From an uncultured Spirochaetota bacterium (lineage in GTDB: Bacteria > Spirochaetota > UBA4802 > UBA5550): 64,000 nt of DNA. The position numbers and the translations under genes are program-made. The DNA is taken from the NCBI GenBank assembly GCA_963827275.1, contig CAWHAA010000005.1, positions 128,001 through 192,000 of the forward strand, written 5' to 3'. The notes below the pieces were generated by a model. That model saw only the letters and a program-made list of their open reading frames with translations. It made no database searches and had not been told where the DNA came from. Below are positions 20,244 to 31,175 of this stretch, one piece after another (position 1 is the first letter of the stretch; each line of letters begins with the position of its first letter).

Positions 20244-20370
20244 AAATTTCAAGCCTCTGTCCAGCGCTTTTTTGTGCCGGAGGGGGCTTCACTTGAGAGG
20301 TGGCAGTTGCAGATAAAACGCATTGTGTCACCTGGGCTTGAACTGAACAGGTAGCTTTTTCCTATTTAAT
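20244..20370 (+). repeat. Dispersed repeat, copy 3 (127 bp)
   Basis: Colinear with copy 2. The extended inverted ends CCTGTT-AAAT-TTCAAGCC...GGCTTGAA-CTG-AACAGG begin at 20238. Confidence 0.92.
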
Positions 20371-20375
20371 AATAC

Positions 20376-22803
20376 TTATCTTATCAGATCAAGCTTCCCC
20401 TCAACAATCCCGTACTGGGCGGTCTTCACAATCCGCACGCCGCGGAGACCGCCCTCCGGGAGACCCAGGAGGGTCCGCACAACATCATCTATACGCACCG
20501 CATTCTCGGAGCCCGCGTACAGCCTGATCATCACCGTCCCCGCTGCTTCGGTTTCATACGAATGGACCACCCTGTCAAACGGCGCCTCCCGTTCACCCTT
20601 TTTGCCCTTCTTGACAAAGCCGTTTCCCGCGGCAAGCGCTTCAGACATGCTCTTTATCAATCCTTCGCCCGCGGCAATCCTGTATTCAACGACGCCGGTC
20701 CCGGCCATTATCGAATCCTTGTCGCTGACGGCGCGCAGTTCCGCGGCGGATATTCCCTCCGGGAGGCCGGCATTCAGCCTGGCCGCCAGGTCCGCCGGCG
20801 CACCCTCGTAAACGTCAACGTCAACCAGCTCCGACTCGCTTTCGATGCCCAGCGGCGTCGGGAAGCCGGCGGAGACGCGCTCCCGCTTGTTGAACCCGCG
20901 GGTCATGGCGACCGGCGCGTCCGCCATGCGGAGGGCGCGCTTCACGATCTCCATGAAGTCGATGTGCGAAATGAAGCGCATCATCCCTGTTTTGGTGAAG
21001 CGAATTCGGATACGGCCGGAGGCTTCGAAACGCCGGGCGAAGAGACGGGTCGCCTCCTCGATGCGCGCCGCGTCGATGCCCCCGCGCGGCCGCACCGCCC
21101 GCCGCCGCAGCGGCGCGCACGCGGCGGCCGCCGCGCTCCTCTTTTCAAGTACGGGCCCGAACCCGGTCCCGATGCAGTCCCAGGGGAGCGGGCCTTCCAG
21201 GCGGCTGCCGATGCGGTCGCTCCAGCCGGGGGCCACCGCGTCGAGGTTCCCGGCCCAGACATCGAAGCGGAAGAGCTCGTCCCAGGAATCGAAGCGGCAC
21301 CCGTCGCGATACGAGCGCTCGATCGCCGCGCCGAGGGAGGAATCGCCCCTGGCGATAACGGCCTCCAGGATCGACGAATCGACGTCATGGTTCTTGATCC
21401 TGATGGCGCGGGGGAGCCCCCTCTTGATGCGGCGGACGGTCTCGTCGAAGTACCCGCGGCCCATCTGGCGCTCACGCTGGAAGGGCGTGTGGGGCTTGGG
21501 CACGAACGGCGACACGGTCACGTTGATGTCAACGCCCCGGCCGGCGGCCCGGTGGATCTCCCTCAACAGCGCGATGACGTCCTCCGCCTCGTCGGTCTCA
21601 TCGCAGCCGGGAAGGCCGATCATGAAATAGAGCTTTATCACCTTCCACCCGCGGGCCGCCACGTGCCGCACGATATCGAGCAGGTCGTCGGTGAACACGT
21701 TCTTGTGCGCCCGCGCCCGCACCATTTCCGACGCCGACTCCACCGCGAAGGTCAGCGACGCGCGGCGCAGCTCGGAGATCTGCTCGATCAGCGGCAGGGT
21801 CGCCGTGTCGACCCTGAGCGAGGGAAACGAGACCGTGATCCCCCGCCCGGTAAGCTCCGGGAGGATCTCGTTGACAAGCGGCGCGAGACCGGGGTAATCG
21901 CTGATGGAGAGCGACGAGAGGGTCACTTCGTTGTAGCCCGTGTGCTTCGCGATCTCCAGTATCCGGCCGGCAACGTCGCGGTGGTCATAGCGCCGGTATG
22001 GCAGGTCCCAGAAGCCGGCGTGGCAGAAATTGCAGAAGTTGCAGCAGCCGCGGGTCACCTCGATGACGATCCGCTCCTGCGCGATGCGGATGTTCGGCAC
22101 GAGGGGCCTGAGCGGGATCGGCCGGGACCGCGCCGCGGTACACCCGCCGGCGCACCGGCGGGCCCCCGTCCGCGCCGCAGCGCGAAGGGAGCAGCACGCC
22201 GTCGATGGCGCCAATCCGCTCGATGACGTCCCGCCTCCCGCTCCCCGCCTCCTTCGCCGCGCGCGCGGCCTCCACGATCTCCCGTATCCCCTCCTCGCCG
22301 TCGCCAAGATAGAACGCATCGATGAAGTCCGACAGGGGGAAGGGGTTCGAGACCGCCGCGCCCCCGGCGAGTATGACGGGATCGCCCTCGCCCCGGTCGT
22401 TCCGGCGCAGGGGGATGCCGCCCAGGTCGAGGACCTGGAGGACGTTGGTGCAGAGCAGCTCGTGCGAGACGTTGAAGCCCAGGAGGTCAAGCTCCCGCAG
22501 GGGCGTGCGGGTCTCCAGCGTATGCAGGGGCACGCCGCCCGCCCGGAGCGCCGCCTCGAAGTCTTCTGCGACGGCGAAGACACGCTCGCACGCCGCGCCG
22601 GGCATCGCGTTGACGATGTCGTAGAGAATGCGCAGGCCGTTGTTCGACATGCCCACTTCGTACAGGTCCGGGTAGGAGAGCGCCATGCGGAACGGCGCGT
22701 CCTCCTTCACTATGACGTTCAGCTCGTGTCCCGCGTACCGCCCCGGCTTCTGCACGCGGGCGAGGAGGTCTTCAAGGATTGTCCGGTCGATTCTCATTGT
22801 CAT
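20376..22803 (-). CDS. TIGR03960-family B12-binding radical SAM protein fused to a TIGR03936/DUF2344 domain (one +1 frameshift at ~22114)
   Basis: VQKPGRYAGHELN, YPDLYEVGMSN, EVTRGCCNFCNFC, FVPKPHTPFQ, and C-terminal RFISHIDF...GIESESE; the two track ORFs join on removing one base. Confidence 0.9.
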
Positions 22804-23632
22804 TCCATGGTATGGTTTTCCGGCAGGCCCTGGCCAGCGCCACGAACTCGTCGCGGCCGAGCTCCTCGCCGCGCCTGCCGCCGTCTATCTTCGCCTCGTC
22901 AAGCATCCGCGCCGCGTCCCCGCGCCCGATGCCCAGGTGCGGGGAACCGGTCAGCGCGGCGAGCAGCGTCTTCCGCCTTCCCCAGAAGGCGGACTTCACC
23001 ATCAGGTGGAACAGGACGATGTCCCGGCCTTCAAGCGGGAGGGCGCCGCGCCGCGACAGCGCCATGAAGGCCGAGGCCACCTCCGGCCGCGGGTAAAAGG
23101 CCTCGCGCGGGACCTTCATCAGCACCTTCGCCTCGTAGTAGAAGCCGAGCGTCACCGAAAGGGCGCCGTAGCTCTTCTGTCCCGGCGCGGCCGCGATCCG
23201 CTCCGCCATCTCTTTCTGGAGCATCACGAACACCTCCGGCGCGTCGTACCGGACGAAGGAAAAAAGCATTTCGGATGAGCAGTAATACGGGAGGTTCGAC
23301 ACGATCTTCGTAAAGAGGCCCGCGGGCGGGTTCTTTAAAAAATCGCCGTGGACCAGCGCGAAGCCGGCCCTGTCGCCGAAGCGCTCCGCCAGGTAGCGCG
23401 AAAAGCCGGCATCGATCTCCACCGCCGTGACATGGCCCGCCCTTTCCAGGAGCCCCTCCGTGAGCGCGCCCAGCCCGGGGCCGACTTCCAGCACCCGGTC
23501 CGCGGCGGAGAGGCGCATTGCCCCGAGTATCCGGTCCCGCGCCTCGACGGAAACGAGAAAATTCTGCCCCAGCTTTTTATTCGGCCGGAGTCCCCGCTCC
23601 ATGATGATGCGCTTTATCTCAGATACGTTCAT
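22772..23632 (-). CDS. rsmA: 16S rRNA m6,2A dimethyltransferase
   Basis: KKLGQNFL, EVGPGLGALT, VSNLPYY, MLQKEMAER, FYPRPEVAS. Confidence 0.96.
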   Translation of the reverse strand: MNVSEIKRIIMERGLRPNKKLGQNFLVSVEARDRILGAMRLSAADRVLEVGPGLGALTEGLLERAGHVTAVEIDAGFSRYLAERFGDRAGFALVHGDFLKNPPAGLFTKIVSNLPYYCSSEMLFSFVRYDAPEVFVMLQKEMAERIAAAPGQKSYGALSVTLGFYYEAKVLMKVPREAFYPRPEVASAFMALSRRGALPLEGRDIVLFHLMVKSAFWGRRKTLLAALTGSPHLGIGRGDAARMLDEAKIDGGRRGEELGRDEFVALARACRKTIPWNDNENRPDNP

Positions 23633-23972
23633 GCCCGGCCGTTTTCAGGGCGCCCGCCGCGCCCCGCGTGGTGACACGGCGGTCAGACCGCCGTGTATTG
23701 TTCTATACAGGAACGCCCGTTATTGGGCAAGATATTTTTTCCCACCGCGCCGAAATGCCGTCGCGGGAGGAAAGATATTGCGCCGGGACATGTAAATTGT
23801 TTGACGGCATTGCGATTATCCGATACAGGTTTGTCACACAGTATCATCATGATCCCGGGACGCCGCGTGGCGTTCGGGACCGCAACGCAGGGACAAAAAG
23901 AGAAGCGGGGCCGGTTTTTATTACATGAATGTTAAATTTGGGCGATTTGGACCATTAGATTCACTTCATCTG

Positions 23973-24002
23973 TTGACAAAAAACCTCATGAGAAATTATA
24001 TT
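23973..24002 (+). promoter_or_regulatory. Putative sigma-70 promoter of glutamine synthetase
   Basis: TTGACA-N18-TATATT upstream of GGAGG/ATG 24060. Confidence 0.55.
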
Positions 24003-24059
24003 CATCTTGTTTTAAAGCGGATCTTTACTAAAGATCGTCACCATGTACCGGAGGGCCCG

Positions 24060-26228
24060 ATGAAAAAAATTACGCCGACAATCGCAACCGAGAGGAACTA
24101 TGTTGTTGAAAAGGAGAAGAACCTCCCGATATCAACGTATTTCGGGGAAGACACCTTTAACGATAAACTGATGCAGGCAAAACTGCCCAAGGTCTTCTAT
24201 AACAAGCTGAAGGACAGCATCGACACCGGCAGGAACCTCGACATCGAGACCGCCAACGCGGTGGCGCACGCAATGAAGGAATGGGCCCTTGAGCGGGGCG
24301 CCACGCACTTCGCGCACTGGTTCCAGCCCATGACCGGCGCGTCCGCCGAAAAGCATGACGCGTTCATAGAGATTACCGGCCCCGGTGAAGTTATCGAGCG
24401 CTTCACCGGCGAACAGCTCGTGCAGGGCGAGCCGGACGCGTCGAGCTTCCCGAGCGGCGGGCTCCGCTCCACCTTCGAGGCGCGCGGCTACACGGCCTGG
24501 GACATGTCCAGCCCCGCGTTCCTCCGCAAGAACGGGATCGGCATCACCCTCTGCATCCCCTCGGCCTTCATCTCATACCACGGGGAGGCCCTGGACAAGA
24601 AGACGCCCCTGCTGCGCTCTCTCCGCGCGGTCAACGACAGCGCCCTGCGCGTCCTGAAGCTCCTGGGGAACCGCAAATCGAAAAAAATCATCTCCAACCT
24701 GGGGCCCGAGCAGGAATATTTCTGCATCGACATGGACTATTTCTACAAGCGCCAGGACCTGGTGCTCACCGGCAGGACCCTCGTCGGCGCGCCGCCCGCG
24801 AAGGGGCAGGAGCTCGAAGACCAGTATTTCGGCAGCATCAAGGAACGGATGCAGTCGTTCATGCACGACACCGAAGAGGAGCTTTACAAGCTCGGCATCC
24901 CGGCAAAGACGAGGCACAACGAGGTGGCGCCGTCCCAGTTCGAAATTGCGCCCATATACGAGGAGGCGAACATCGCCGTTGACCACAACCTCCTCGTCAT
25001 GGAGAAGCTGCAGCAGGTCGCCCGCCAGCACAACATGGCGGTCCTGCTCCACGAAAAGCCGTTTGCGGGCATCAACGGATCGGGCAAGCATGTGAACTGG
25101 TCGCTCTCGACCGACGACGGCATCAACCTGTTCAAGCCGGGCAAGACCCCGCACGACAACATACAGTTCCTGGTGTTCCTCCTTGCCACCATGAAGGCCG
25201 TGTACCGGCACGCCGACCTGCTGCGCGCGTCCGTGGGCTCGGCCTCCAACGACCACCGGCTGGGCGCCAACGAGGCGCCGCCGGCCATCATTTCGATCTT
25301 CCTCGGCGAACAGCTGACCAGGATACTCGAGAGCATCGAAAAGGGCGTCGCGTCGGACGCCTCGGACAAGTCGATCATCAACCTGGGCATATCATCGCTC
25401 CCGATCGTAAGCAGGGACAACTCCGACCGGAACCGCACCTCGCCGTTCGCCTTTACCGGCAACAAGTTCGAATTCCGCGCGGTGGGCTCATCGCAGAACA
25501 TATCCTTCCCCGCGACGATACTCAACACGATCATGGCCGAGGCGCTTGACGAGGTGGCGGAACTGATCGAGAAGCGCAAGAGCGACAACATACGCCAGAC
25601 GGTGCTCGACCTGATGAAAGAAGAGCTGCCGAAGGTGAAGGCCATCCTCTACCAGGGGGACAACTATTGCGAGGAGTGGCATAAGGAAGCGGAGCGCAGG
25701 GGGCTCCCGAACCTCAAGACCTCCCCCGAGGCCTTCACCGCGATGGACACGGAGAAGGCGCGCGCCCTGTTCGAGAAATACAAGGTCCTCTCCCCGGTGG
25801 AGCTCAAATCCCGCTATACCATCAGGATCGAGAAGTACTGCAAGGACATCGAGATCGAGGCCAAGGCCCTGTGCAACATCGCCGCCAGCCAGATCGTGCC
25901 GTCGGCGGTGGCCTACCAGAAGGACCTGGCCGAAGCGATCATACGCACGGAAAAGGCCCTCGGTACGGACGCCGACCTCGGCGCGCAGAAAAAGCTGCTG
26001 AAGCAGATCACCGGGCTGATCAACGGCATCCAGACCTCGCTGGTCGAGCTGAAGTCGCGGCTCGACAAGGCCGGCACGCACCACGAGCAGGCGCGGGCGG
26101 ACTACCTCTGCAAGGAGGTCCGGAGCGTGATGAGCGACATACGCAGGCAGGTCGACGAGCTTGAGAACCACGTGGCCGACCACCAGTGGCCCATGCCCAA
26201 GTTCTGGGAGATGCTGTTCGTCAATTGA
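24060..26228 (+). CDS. glnN: Glutamine synthetase type III
   Basis: HWFQPMTG..AEKHD, GEPDASSFPSGGLRSTFEARGYT, HNEVAP, HEKPFAGINGSGKH, DRNRTSPFAFTGNKFEFR; start moved to ATG 24060 on the basis of the RBS. Confidence 0.96.
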   Translation: MKKITPTIATERNYVVEKEKNLPISTYFGEDTFNDKLMQAKLPKVFYNKLKDSIDTGRNLDIETANAVAHAMKEWALERGATHFAHWFQPMTGASAEKHDAFIEITGPGEVIERFTGEQLVQGEPDASSFPSGGLRSTFEARGYTAWDMSSPAFLRKNGIGITLCIPSAFISYHGEALDKKTPLLRSLRAVNDSALRVLKLLGNRKSKKIISNLGPEQEYFCIDMDYFYKRQDLVLTGRTLVGAPPAKGQELEDQYFGSIKERMQSFMHDTEEELYKLGIPAKTRHNEVAPSQFEIAPIYEEANIAVDHNLLVMEKLQQVARQHNMAVLLHEKPFAGINGSGKHVNWSLSTDDGINLFKPGKTPHDNIQFLVFLLATMKAVYRHADLLRASVGSASNDHRLGANEAPPAIISIFLGEQLTRILESIEKGVASDASDKSIINLGISSLPIVSRDNSDRNRTSPFAFTGNKFEFRAVGSSQNISFPATILNTIMAEALDEVAELIEKRKSDNIRQTVLDLMKEELPKVKAILYQGDNYCEEWHKEAERRGLPNLKTSPEAFTAMDTEKARALFEKYKVLSPVELKSRYTIRIEKYCKDIEIEAKALCNIAASQIVPSAVAYQKDLAEAIIRTEKALGTDADLGAQKKLLKQITGLINGIQTSLVELKSRLDKAGTHHEQARADYLCKEVRSVMSDIRRQVDELENHVADHQWPMPKFWEMLFVN

Positions 26229-26265
26229 CCCCGGCCCGGGGCCGCATCCATTTTGCAGATACGCT

Positions 26266-26304
26266 AAAAAAAACCGCGCGGGAACGCCTCCCGCGCGGTT
26301 TTTT
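26266..26304. terminator. Intrinsic terminator after glutamine synthetase
   Basis: AAAAAAAACCGCGCGGGA-ACGCC-TCCCGCGCGGTTTTTT. Confidence 0.88.
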
Positions 26305-26406
26305 ATGAAAAAAGAATTGAAGAATTAACCATCCGGTCAATATCATGTCTTCCATCGGTTGCGGGACCACGCAAGGCTGATCAATATCATTCTACAGAGA
26401 GCGCAT

Positions 26407-27069
26407 ATGTCAGACATACTTGTTTTTGTCGGTTACGGGGAAACGTTCGTTTTCTTAATCCTCCTCCTCGCCAGCGTCCTGGCCTTCGCAGTGGGCATGG
26501 AGCGCGCCATCGTATTCAGAAGGAATTACAACAAGAAGATCGCCGGCTTTGCCGCCGAGCTGATACGCCTGTTGCGGCAGCGCGACCTCGGGGCCGCGGC
26601 GGCCCTCGTGAAGACCTCGGGGGAGAACGCCTATACCCGCTTTGCGCTGTTCGCGATTGAGCACGCGCAGGACAACGCGACGGGCCTTGCCGACCTGATG
26701 TCGGGAAAGATCATCGAGGAAAAGATGGAGCTGGAAAAGCGGCTCACCATATTGAACACGCTGGGCAACAACGCGCCGTTCATCGGCCTGCTCGGCACGG
26801 TGCTCGGGGTCATCAAGGCCTTCCACGGCCTCGGCACGCTCGGCAGCACCGGGGCCGAGGTGGTCATGCGCAGCATCTCCCGCGCCCTGCTGGCGACCGC
26901 GGCGGGCCTCTTCATCGCGATCCCGGTGGTCATGGCGAACAACTACTTTTCGAAAAAGGTAAAGATCATAACCCAGCACCTCGAGATACTCTCGAGGGAG
27001 ATCAGCGCGAGCCTGCACGCGCGCGTGACCGGGGCTGCGAAAAAAGCGAAAGCGTCAAAAAAGAGGTAG
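26407..27069 (+). CDS. exbB: MotA/TolQ/ExbB proton channel protein
   Basis: [14 protein letters not shown] and [14 protein letters not shown]; three TM segments. Confidence 0.92.
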   Translation: MSDILVFVGYGETFVFLILLLASVLAFAVGMERAIVFRRNYNKKIAGFAAELIRLLRQRDLGAAAALVKTSGENAYTRFALFAIEHAQDNATGLADLMSGKIIEEKMELEKRLTILNTLGNNAPFIGLLGTVLGVIKAFHGLGTLGSTGAEVVMRSISRALLATAAGLFIAIPVVMANNYFSKKVKIITQHLEILSREISASLHARVTGAAKKAKASKKR

Positions 27070-27073
27070 CAAG

Positions 27074-27478
27074 ATGGCGGCAATGCCCGGCGGCGACGAC
27101 AACGACGAAATCGGCTATATAAACATCACCCCTATGGTGGACGTGCTCCTCGTCCTCCTGGTCATATTCATGGTCACGGCGAATTTTTTAAAGCAGGAAT
27201 CCGTGAACATCAACCTGCCCAAGGTGAACGCGGCGGACCCCAATGTCGCGAAATCGGTGCAGGTGGCCATCACTAAAAGCGGGAAGCTCCTCATGGAGGA
27301 CACCGAGCTGACGGAAGAAGCGCTGGTGCGGAAGCTCGCGGCCGAGTCGAAGTACCGTCCCAACATGCGGGTCACCCTCTCCGCCGACGAGCGCCTGAGC
27401 TACGGGACCATCGCGCGCGTCATGGGGCTGATCCGGCAGTCGGGCGTCACCCGCATCGCCCTTTCGGTAAAGCGGTAG
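27074..27478 (+). CDS. exbD: ExbD/TolR biopolymer transport protein
   Basis: [20 protein letters not shown]. Confidence 0.94.
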   Translation: MAAMPGGDDNDEIGYINITPMVDVLLVLLVIFMVTANFLKQESVNINLPKVNAADPNVAKSVQVAITKSGKLLMEDTELTEEALVRKLAAESKYRPNMRVTLSADERLSYGTIARVMGLIRQSGVTRIALSVKR

Positions 27479-27493
27479 CCGGCGGTCCGGGCC

Positions 27494-28156
27494 ATGGCGA
27501 TGTCGGTCATACAGGCGATACGCGGCAGGATCAGGGAGATGGACCTCTTCGAGCTGTGCCTCACCGTGTCGCTGATCCTGCACGGCGCGGCGTGCACCGC
27601 CTACCTTGTCTCCACCCTCCCCTCGTTCGCCGGCGACGATGACAAGGTATTCGACGCCGCGGCGATGGACATGAAAAACGTCGAGGTCGATTTCATCGAC
27701 CTGCCGCCGTCGGTGCTCCTGGGAGGGGACACCAACCCCGCGCCGGTCGAGAAAGAGGAATGGATCGAGGGGAGCGGGAAGGACAAGCCCGACGCGGACA
27801 GCACCGATGTCGACATAAACAAGCTCTCCGGCGACGGCACCGACACCGACGGCTACATGTACGCGGAGCTGAGCGACCACCCCCCGGTGCCGATCATCGA
27901 TTTCGACCTTAACAGGTATTTCCCGCAGGCGGCGCGCACGGCCAACATTACCCGGAAGACCGTGCTGCTCCAGATACAGGTGAACGAGGACGGGTCCATC
28001 CGGAGCGCGAAGGTCATCTCGCCGCCGTCGGGCTTCGGCTTTGACGAGGCCGCGATGAAGGTGGTGAACCGGATGCGCTTCAGGCCAGGCAAGATCGGTG
28101 GCAGGGCGGTGAAGATGCTCATGCAGATCCCCATGACCTTCGTGCTCGAGAACTGA
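27494..28156 (+). CDS. tonB: TonB family energy transducer
   Basis: N-terminal TM with SLILH; TonB C-domain YFPQAAR...V.EDGSI...GFDEAA...RFRPG. Confidence 0.88.
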   Translation: MAMSVIQAIRGRIREMDLFELCLTVSLILHGAACTAYLVSTLPSFAGDDDKVFDAAAMDMKNVEVDFIDLPPSVLLGGDTNPAPVEKEEWIEGSGKDKPDADSTDVDINKLSGDGTDTDGYMYAELSDHPPVPIIDFDLNRYFPQAARTANITRKTVLLQIQVNEDGSIRSAKVISPPSGFGFDEAAMKVVNRMRFRPGKIGGRAVKMLMQIPMTFVLEN

Positions 28157-28180
28157 GGGCCGTCAGGCGGGATGCCGGGG

Positions 28181-29491
28181 TCAGACCCGGTAATATTCCT
28201 TCTTCACGCGGTTGATCATCTGGATGGTGCCGTACTTGCCTGATTTCTTCGCGCTGTTCATGAGCCGGACCCCCTCCTTCTCGCATGACTTGCACGCATT
28301 CATGGGGATCTCGATGCCGAGCGACAGCGCGCAGACCGAGGAAAACGACTCCAGGCTGAAGAGCCCGGCGCACTCTTTGCACCGCACGATCGATTCTACC
28401 TGCGATTCGCGGATGCCGTCCGTGTCGTAGAAGACGTTCTTCCTCCTGGTCATCGTCCCGCCGTAGCCGGGAAGGTCCCCGATGCGGGTCGGGTGGAAGT
28501 AAACCCCCAGGACGATGTCCTTCAGCTTCCTGATATACTCGGTGATCCGCGGGTCCTGCCTGAGCGCCGCGGCGTCGTAATTCGGCTCCCTGACGTGGGA
28601 ATAATCGACGCCGGCCATGGCGAGGATGATCCCCAGGTTCACGTAGGGGAGCGCCCCCTGGATCGAGTACCCGCCCTCGAGTACCGCGATGTCGGGGTTG
28701 AGCTTCTCGTTGAGCGCCGCGTACCCCTGCGCGGAGAAATTCATGTTGGTGATTGGGTCGGAGTAGTGGTTGTCCTGGCCCGCGCTGTTGACGATGATCT
28801 CCGGCTTGAAGTCCTTCAGGATGGGCAGCACCATCTCGTCGATGGCGTAGAGAAAGCCCTCGTCGCAGGTCTCCGGCGGCAGCGGGATGTTGACGGTCTT
28901 CCCCAGCGCGTTGGGCCCGCCCATCTCGTCCACGTGGCCCGACCCCGGGTAGAGCGTCCGGCCGTCCTGGTGGATGGAGATAAAGAGCACGTCCGGGTCG
29001 TTCCAGAAGATGTCCTGCGAGCCGTCGCCATGGTGGCAGTCGGTATCGACCACCGCGACCTTATTCACGCCGAACTTGTCGCGGAGGTACTCGATCATGA
29101 TGGCCTCGTTGTTGATGTTGCAGAAGCCGCGGTTCCCGTGGACCGATTTCATGGCATGGTGCCCCGGCGGCCGCACCAGCGCAAACGACTTGTCCACCTG
29201 GCCCTCCATGACGATCCGCGCGGCCTTTATGGCGCCGCCCGCCGAGATCATGTGCGACTCGGTGGTCACGCTGGCGACGTCGGGGAAGCAGAAATGCGAC
29301 CGCATCACGTCCTCCTCGGTCGCGATGTCGGGCTTGAACTCGACCAGCCCGTCGATGTCGAAGACGCCCTCCTCCCGCAGCTGGTCCTGGGTGTAGAGGA
29401 GCCGCTCCTCCCGCTCGGGGTGCGTGGGCGATATGGCCCAGTCATACGCCGGGAAGAAGATCAGTCCCATCCGGTTTTTCGCCTTGATCAT
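28181..29491 (-). CDS. Histone deacetylase-family (Zn-dependent) amidohydrolase with Cys-rich C-terminal extension
   Basis: HPE, RPPGHHA, GFC..N, DTDCHHGDG, SAGQD, LEGGY; ATG 29491 overlaps the upstream stop (ATGA). Confidence 0.92.
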   Translation of the reverse strand: MIKAKNRMGLIFFPAYDWAISPTHPEREERLLYTQDQLREEGVFDIDGLVEFKPDIATEEDVMRSHFCFPDVASVTTESHMISAGGAIKAARIVMEGQVDKSFALVRPPGHHAMKSVHGNRGFCNINNEAIMIEYLRDKFGVNKVAVVDTDCHHGDGSQDIFWNDPDVLFISIHQDGRTLYPGSGHVDEMGGPNALGKTVNIPLPPETCDEGFLYAIDEMVLPILKDFKPEIIVNSAGQDNHYSDPITNMNFSAQGYAALNEKLNPDIAVLEGGYSIQGALPYVNLGIILAMAGVDYSHVREPNYDAAALRQDPRITEYIRKLKDIVLGVYFHPTRIGDLPGYGGTMTRRKNVFYDTDGIRESQVESIVRCKECAGLFSLESFSSVCALSLGIEIPMNACKSCEKEGVRLMNSAKKSGKYGTIQMINRVKKEYYRV

Positions 29492-31158
29492 GACAACCTC
29501 TTGAACGCGCCGGGCTTGACCTGGCACTTGACCCTGATGTCCTTCCCGTTGCTGTAATATCCGTCTATCATGTTGAAGGAGGAGGATTCGATGATTTCCG
29601 TGTCCGCATCAGCCGGGACGCCCAGGCCGGCCAGGTGCTCCTCGAGGAGCTTCTTCGCGTCGCGTTCGGCCTCCTTGAGCGTGTAACTGGCGGTGACCGA
29701 ACGCCGCACGTCGATGCTCGGGATGAGGAGCGTGCCCTTCCCCGTGTCGGCGAAGAGCTCTATCTCGATGGTGGTCCTGGCCAGGGCGGCGCCGATGGCA
29801 TTGGCCACGTCGTAGTTGCCCGGGACCTCGACCTTCGCGCCGAAGGCCTCGGCGAGCCTGTCTTTGAACGCCAGGGCCGGTCCGCCCATGACATAGATCA
29901 CCGCCGGCGCCAGGGTCTTTCCCTCGAGCATTTCATGTATGGTATACACCGGCCGGTTGCGGATCTCGTCAAGCATGTCGTCGACTTCCTTCTTGATCCG
30001 GGCGACGGCGAAATCGAACGCCGCGTCCGACAGCTTCGCCGGGGACATGCCGTTCTTTTTCGCGAAGTCGGTGATCCCCTTTTTTGATGCCGCGACGTCG
30101 AGGTAGTCTATGACGCTGCGGTGATTGAGCGCGTCCACCAGCGCCGGCTCTTTCCCGCCGGCCGCCATGGAGGGGCCCCGGCGGTCGGGTCCGATGGAGA
30201 CCTGCTTGCCCTCCACGTGTATCGTGGAATCGCCGCCGATCCCGATGGAGCGCGTCTTGAGCGACCTGACCAGCGTGGGGCTCGACAGCAGGGAGATGCC
30301 TTCCTTTTCGATGAGGGGCACGCCGTCCGCGAAGAGGGCGATATCGGTGGTGGTGCCGCCGATATCGAGCATGACCGCGTCGCGCGTGATGTCGCAGAGG
30401 GCGACGATACCCATGACGCTGGCCGCCGGCCCGGACAGGATCGACTCGACCGGCTTGGTCCGCGAAAGCGCGATGGGCATGGTGCCGCCGTCGGCCTTGA
30501 GGATATTGACCTCGGCCGTAATCCCCAGGCCCTTGAGCCCCTCGTCGATGGCGTCGGCGAACTGGCTGTAGAGCCGCCACACCGCCGAGTTATAATAGGC
30601 GGTGACGATACGGCGCGGAAAGCTCAGCTGTCCCGACAGCTTGTGGCCGCAGGTGGTGAAATCGGAGAGGGCCTCGAACGCCCCGGCGATCGCGTTTTCC
30701 TGGTCCGGGTTCCGCGTCGAGAACTTGGTCACCGCCGCGAAGGCGCGGATCTTCCTCTTCGCCGCTTCGCCGGCGATGCGGGAGATGGCCTTTTCGTCAA
30801 GCGCGCTTACCTCGGTGCCGCGGTGGTCGATGGACCCGTCCACGGTGTAAAAGTAGCGCCCTATCCTGAAATTGCCCGGGTCGATCCCCGGGCCGGACGA
30901 CGTAACGACGCACACGTCTTCGAGCTTGTTTTCGATGATTGCGTTGGTGGAGAGCGTGGTGCTCAGGTTGACGCGCTTGATCTTTTTCGGGTCGGCGTCC
31001 CGGGTGATCTCCTCGATCGCCCCGCGGACCGAGCGGAGCAGGTTGTCGTGATCGGTGACGGCCTTGTAATGCGAAACGATCCCCTTCTCGCCGATGAGCA
31101 CTGCGTCGGTATGGGTCCCCCCGACGTCGAGGCCCAGATACAGGTCAGTTTTTGCCAT
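29488..31158 (-). CDS. Hydantoinase A/5-oxoprolinase family protein
   Basis: GLDVGGTHTD, STTLSTNAI, SILSGPAAS, DIGGTTTDI, IGIGGDS, VANAIGAA. Confidence 0.92.
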   Translation of the reverse strand: MAKTDLYLGLDVGGTHTDAVLIGEKGIVSHYKAVTDHDNLLRSVRGAIEEITRDADPKKIKRVNLSTTLSTNAIIENKLEDVCVVTSSGPGIDPGNFRIGRYFYTVDGSIDHRGTEVSALDEKAISRIAGEAAKRKIRAFAAVTKFSTRNPDQENAIAGAFEALSDFTTCGHKLSGQLSFPRRIVTAYYNSAVWRLYSQFADAIDEGLKGLGITAEVNILKADGGTMPIALSRTKPVESILSGPAASVMGIVALCDITRDAVMLDIGGTTTDIALFADGVPLIEKEGISLLSSPTLVRSLKTRSIGIGGDSTIHVEGKQVSIGPDRRGPSMAAGGKEPALVDALNHRSVIDYLDVAASKKGITDFAKKNGMSPAKLSDAAFDFAVARIKKEVDDMLDEIRNRPVYTIHEMLEGKTLAPAVIYVMGGPALAFKDRLAEAFGAKVEVPGNYDVANAIGAALARTTIEIELFADTGKGTLLIPSIDVRRSVTASYTLKEAERDAKKLLEEHLAGLGVPADADTEIIESSSFNMIDGYYSNGKDIRVKCQVKPGAFKRLS

Positions 31159-31175
31159 GGACGCTCCGCGCTGGA

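Noticed and set aside
19197..20370. Integron attC sites
   Set aside because: The ends read GTT...AAC rather than RYYYAAC...GTTRRRY, and there is no intI in the window. Retained only as an unexplained repeat.
23925..24059. 45-aa N-terminal extension of glutamine synthetase, or a glnA riboswitch
   Set aside because: The RBS and promoter support ATG 24060; I could not match the leader to the glnA riboswitch consensus.
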